DNA from: a virus
Virus record (IMG/VR): IMGVR_UViG_3300045988_174698
DNA: 64,000 nt
Strand: one strand, 5' to 3'
This document shows, piece by piece, positions 61,101-64,000 of the stretch; the stretch's first letter is position 1; each line of letters starts with the position of its first letter. A model generated the notes under the pieces. That model had not been told where the DNA came from, made no database searches, and saw only the letters and a program-made list of their open reading frames with translations. The translations under genes were made by a program, and so were the position numbers.

Positions 61101-64000
61101 GGAAAAACTAAATATAATAAAAAGTTACTTAAGCGACTTGGAGCTCAAGGGTTAGCAATATGAATAATGGATGATGGAGCATTACTTCGTAGATCTAAAA
61201 CAAATAAAGATGGAATACGAACATATTCAGGATTTTATATTACAATATCTACGTATTGTCCATTAGAGCAAGCTAATGATATTATAGAATATTTTAATGA
61301 AGAATGAGATATTTATCCGACTAAGGTTTTTGATAAAAGGCAGCAATCCTATATAATTAATTTTTGTGCCAGAGAAGGTAGAAAATTAATAGAAATTATA
61401 AAACCTTATATGTGTCCCCACATGATGTATAAGGTTCTTCCTGATAAAATAGAATGTGAAAACTACATGAAGTTATTAAAAGAAACAGCTGAAACTGCTG
61501 TTGAAGGTACACTAGAAATAGTGGAAATGGAGAGCGCGAAAGCGAAGATATAGTCTGATCTATATAGAAATATATAGTTAACACAATTGATAGATAAACA
61601 ATATATCCTTGGCTATTCATTATCATCTAATGGTCGTATTAATACTGATGAAAACTCAGCACCTTATTTACGAGCTGATGCATTAAGAAATAGAGTTGTA
61701 GATGGTGTATTTAGTATTATTCTTAATCCTAGAAACCAAATTAACTTAACAATGCCAGTAACTACTGATCGAATGCAAAGTCTTGCTAAAAGATCTAAAA
61801 TGGGTGAAGCTGCTAAATATATGAGTCCTTACAATCCAGCAAGTAAGTACTTAATGCAGATTCAAAATATGGTTGGTAAAGCAGTTATTGGTAATGTTGC
61901 TACGGCATTAAAAAGTTTCTTTGCCTTAAGCAACGTATATAATACCAAGTTTAGAGAGATTAATGAAGCAATTCAAACTGGTAATTTTGATATAGCTAGA
62001 ACGATGTTAAAAAGATATACATTTATCCATAATGATAGACTAATAACATTAGCTAATGTTAATATGGAAGTATTTGAGAGTCTACCTGAAAATACTCCTG
62101 AAGATATTAGACAAACTCTAGCTCAAGTAATTAGTTATGAGGATGCCTTAGATGATCAATCTATGGTACTTGGAGAACTTTTAAATAGTGCTACTGATTT
62201 TTTCATCAGAAAATTATTGAATAACTTGCCTATATTAATTTTTATTATTATCTTTGCACTATAGATAAAAATAATTTAAAACAAATTAATATGGCAAAGA
62301 AATTAACAAATGAAGAAGTTGAAAAACTTCATAAAATGTATTTAGAAGGAATGACTTGTGAAGAAATTGGAAAACTTACAGGTCATAAAACAGAAACAGT
62401 ATCTAAATATCTAAAAGAGAATTATGATATAAAGCCTCAAAGAAAAATTGATTTAGTAATTTTATCAAAACTAGCAAAAGAGGGAAAAACAACTAAAGAA
62501 ATGGCAGAATATTTTAATGTACATCCTTCTGCTATATGCTATTGAAAAAAGTATTTTAATGAAGGAGATCTAAAGATTTCGCACCCTTTTTTGCAAGAAG
62601 ATCATCAATTATCTCATCTACAAGAACAAATGATTCTTGGCAGTTTATTAGGAGATATGAACATAGGAAAACCTAGAAAACATCATCCTACTTGTAGATT
62701 ATCCTTAGTACACTCAATTAAACAAAAAGAATTATTTATGAAGAAAGTAGAAATTCTTGGAGAATTTATGAGTAATTATAGAGAATATAGTTATTTAGAT
62801 AATAGAACAAATAAAATATATTCTACTATAAGAGGAAATAGTAAATCTCATAAAGTATTTAATGATATGTATAATAAACTATATATTAATGATATTAAAA
62901 CAATTACTAAAGAATATTTAGATATGATTAATCATCCAATAGCATTAGCTTACTGATTTATGGATGATGGAACGAATTCTGGACAAATAGCTACAAATTG
63001 TTTTTCTTTTGAAGAGGTTAAATTACTATCGAATTGACTAGAAAACAAATTTGGTATTATTACAACAATGCACAAAAATTTAAGAAATTATACTTTATAT
63101 ATAGTTGCTAGCTCTAGATTTGAATTTGATAATTTAATTTCTCCTTATATTATTCCTTCTATGAAATACAAATTAAAATTTTCTGAAATAGCAGAGTCAG
63201 TTAACTCCGTGAAAACGGGAAAGCCCTTAGAGATTTAAATACTAAACTATTATAGTAATATGATAGTGGCTAAGCTAATCACTTAGATATAGTAATAAGT
63301 TTAAATATTGGGTAATCCGTTACTAAGCTTCCTAATAGGAAGAAAGTTCAACGACTATCGAAATGCAGAAATGACAGAGTAGAGTAGAACTTAAGTAAGT
63401 TCGAAGTGCGGAGATCCTGTATAGGATAAGATATAGTCTGAACTCATAGGAAACTATGAGAGAACTTATGGAAACGATAAGTTCGTAACAAAATTGAATG
63501 CAAAGGAATTAATCCTTAAAAAAATTAATGCAGATACAAACTGGGTAGATATTTATACTATTTCTCTTATGTTAGGTGAATCACTAGATGAAATTGGTAA
63601 TTTAATGATTGATGATGATATAACAGAACTAGTAAATGATTTTACTACTAGTATGTTTAGTGATGAACAGAACTATGATAAAGTTCGTTATGTTGCTGAT
63701 AAAGCATATACCTCTGAAGGAGAGAAAAAAGAGAAATATCTACAATTGCTGGATAAAGTTATATCTGCGGATGAAGTACGTATCTTAGGAAAGATACTTA
63801 AAATTAATCAAGGTCTTCCTACAAACACTTCTGATTTATATAGTTATATTAAATCTATTGAAAAATATATAGAAAGTAGGTTTAATAGACAAATACTAGA
63901 AAAACAAGAAGAATATTTAAGAATTGAAAAGGAGTTAGAAAAAACTTGATTAACTCCTGAAAAGAAGGAAATATTAAAAGAGGAACGAAGATTACAAAAA
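55132..64000 (+). CDS. giant gene (exon 1 ~1850 aa with ~11 TGA=Trp) interrupted by two group I introns; continues beyond the window
   Basis: Eleven track ORFs from 55132 to 60468 are all in frame 1, with TGA-only junctions. Exon 1 is in frame to AAG 60679-60681, then a TAA. Exon 2 is at about 61575-62262 (LTQLIDKQYILGY...FIIIFAL). Exon 3 starts at about 63450-63477 and is open to the window end. Splice sites are approximate. Confidence 0.5.
60682..61574 (+). mobile_element. group I intron 5 with double-motif LAGLIDADG homing endonuclease gene
   Basis: Core elements are P TTAATTGCTGGAAACCCC (60692), Q CAATCAGCAGCC, R GTTCAACGACTAAT and S AAGATATAGTCTGA (~61543). An in-frame TAA lies at the 5' end and a TAG at about 61572-61574 before exon 2. 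The 5' splice site may lie about 15 nt upstream. Confidence 0.6.
60804..61553 (+). CDS. LAGLIDADG homing endonuclease (double motif, ~249 aa; 4 TGA=Trp)
   Basis: Motif 1 is LIIAMSIGDGHI and motif 2 is LAI-W-IMDDGAL, where the Trp is a TGA. The ORF ends at the TAG inside the S element. Confidence 0.75.
62263..63470 (+). mobile_element. group I intron 6 with LAGLIDADG homing endonuclease gene located upstream of the ribozyme core
   Basis: There is no P/Q at the 5' end. The core lies downstream of the ORF, with a P6-like hairpin CTTCC-TAAT-AGGAAG, R AAGTTCAACGACTATCG (~63340) and S AAGATATAGTCTGA (~63430). Boundaries are approximate. Confidence 0.5.
62291..63238 (+). CDS. LAGLIDADG homing endonuclease with N-terminal HTH extension (~315 aa; 3 TGA=Trp)
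   Basis: The N-terminal HTH is MAKKLTNEEVEKLHKMYLEGMTCEEIGKLTGHKTETVSKYL. Motif 1 is ILGSLLGDMNIG and motif 2 is LAY-W-FMDDGTN. I counted the codons through to TAA 63236-63238. Confidence 0.75.

Noticed and set aside
329-61626. All minus-strand ORFs in the track (e.g. 329-577, 3574-3810, 4814-5041, 18799-19107, 43292-43507, 61396-61626)
   Set aside because: Each is 60-100 aa and is embedded antisense to a long, well-supported + strand gene. Their composition is low-complexity (Ser/Leu/Ile-rich), as expected from AT-rich antisense. No minus-strand promoters or terminators are evident.
1-64000. TGA read as Gly (code 25) or as a genuine stop with many short genes
   Set aside because: TGA occupies the Trp position of a repeated module that elsewhere uses TGG (GGYLWSD vs GGYQW., AGGFQ.RVY) and of LAGLIDADG motif 2 (W-I/FMDDG). 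A genuine stop would require dozens of adjacent same-frame genes with no start codons and no TAA/TAG in the gaps.
1-64000. CRISPR arrays, rRNA or tRNA genes
   Set aside because: There are no direct-repeat/spacer arrays. No intergenic segment is long or GC-rich enough for a tRNA. The only recurring repeats are the group I intron cores.
41235-64000. Inteins in the giant proteins
   Set aside because: The LAGLIDADG enzymes sit in separate reading frames flanked by group I ribozyme cores, so they are intron-encoded and not in-frame inteins. No Hint-domain terminal motifs (C/S…HN-C/S/T) were seen in the giant ORFs.

Overview
This 64 kb window looks like one strand of a tailed-phage genome. It is AT-rich, every credible gene is on the + strand, and there are no tRNAs, rRNAs or CRISPR arrays. 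The phage is probably crAss-like (Crassvirales-type) and probably infects a Bacteroidota host. Four likely operon starts carry the Bacteroides promoter signature: TTTG, about 21 nt, then TAnnTTTG.

The central observation is that TGA is a sense codon here. Standard-code ORFs stop at TGA every 60-600 codons, yet reading resumes in the same frame across dozens of TGAs with no TAA or TAG, for example 5518-10146, 41235-45572 and 47454-55142. TGA sits where Trp is expected, as in the repeated GG(Y/F)xW modules of the homing endonucleases. TAA and TAG remain stops. This is genetic code 4 (TGA=Trp), as reported for stop-codon-recoded gut phages, and the supplied six-frame track is therefore fragmented. 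I rebuilt the genes by hand.

Content, 5' to 3':
- a module of long tail-fibre genes: one with collagen-like G-X-Y runs, one about 1540 aa, one about 740 aa, and one interrupted by an in-frame TAA;
- an island of small accessory genes: an HTH protein, a Trp-rich membrane protein and an ImmA/DUF955-like HExxH peptidase;
- an acidic scaffold-like gene;
- a roughly 493-aa capsid-candidate gene split by four group I introns, three carrying GIY-YIG homing endonucleases and one a roughly 204-nt ORF-less intron;
- further virion genes;
- a block of giant cargo-like ORFs of about 1214, 1582, 1445, 625 and 2562 aa, the last with a RecD-like SF1 helicase core, together with a GNAT acetyltransferase and a DUF192 protein;
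- a further giant gene of at least 2250 aa, interrupted by two group I introns with LAGLIDADG endonucleases, that runs off the window.

I read and indexed the sequence by hand and found my own positions drifting by 1 nt in places, so coordinates are accurate to roughly +/-1-3 nt and intron/exon junctions to +/-10 nt.
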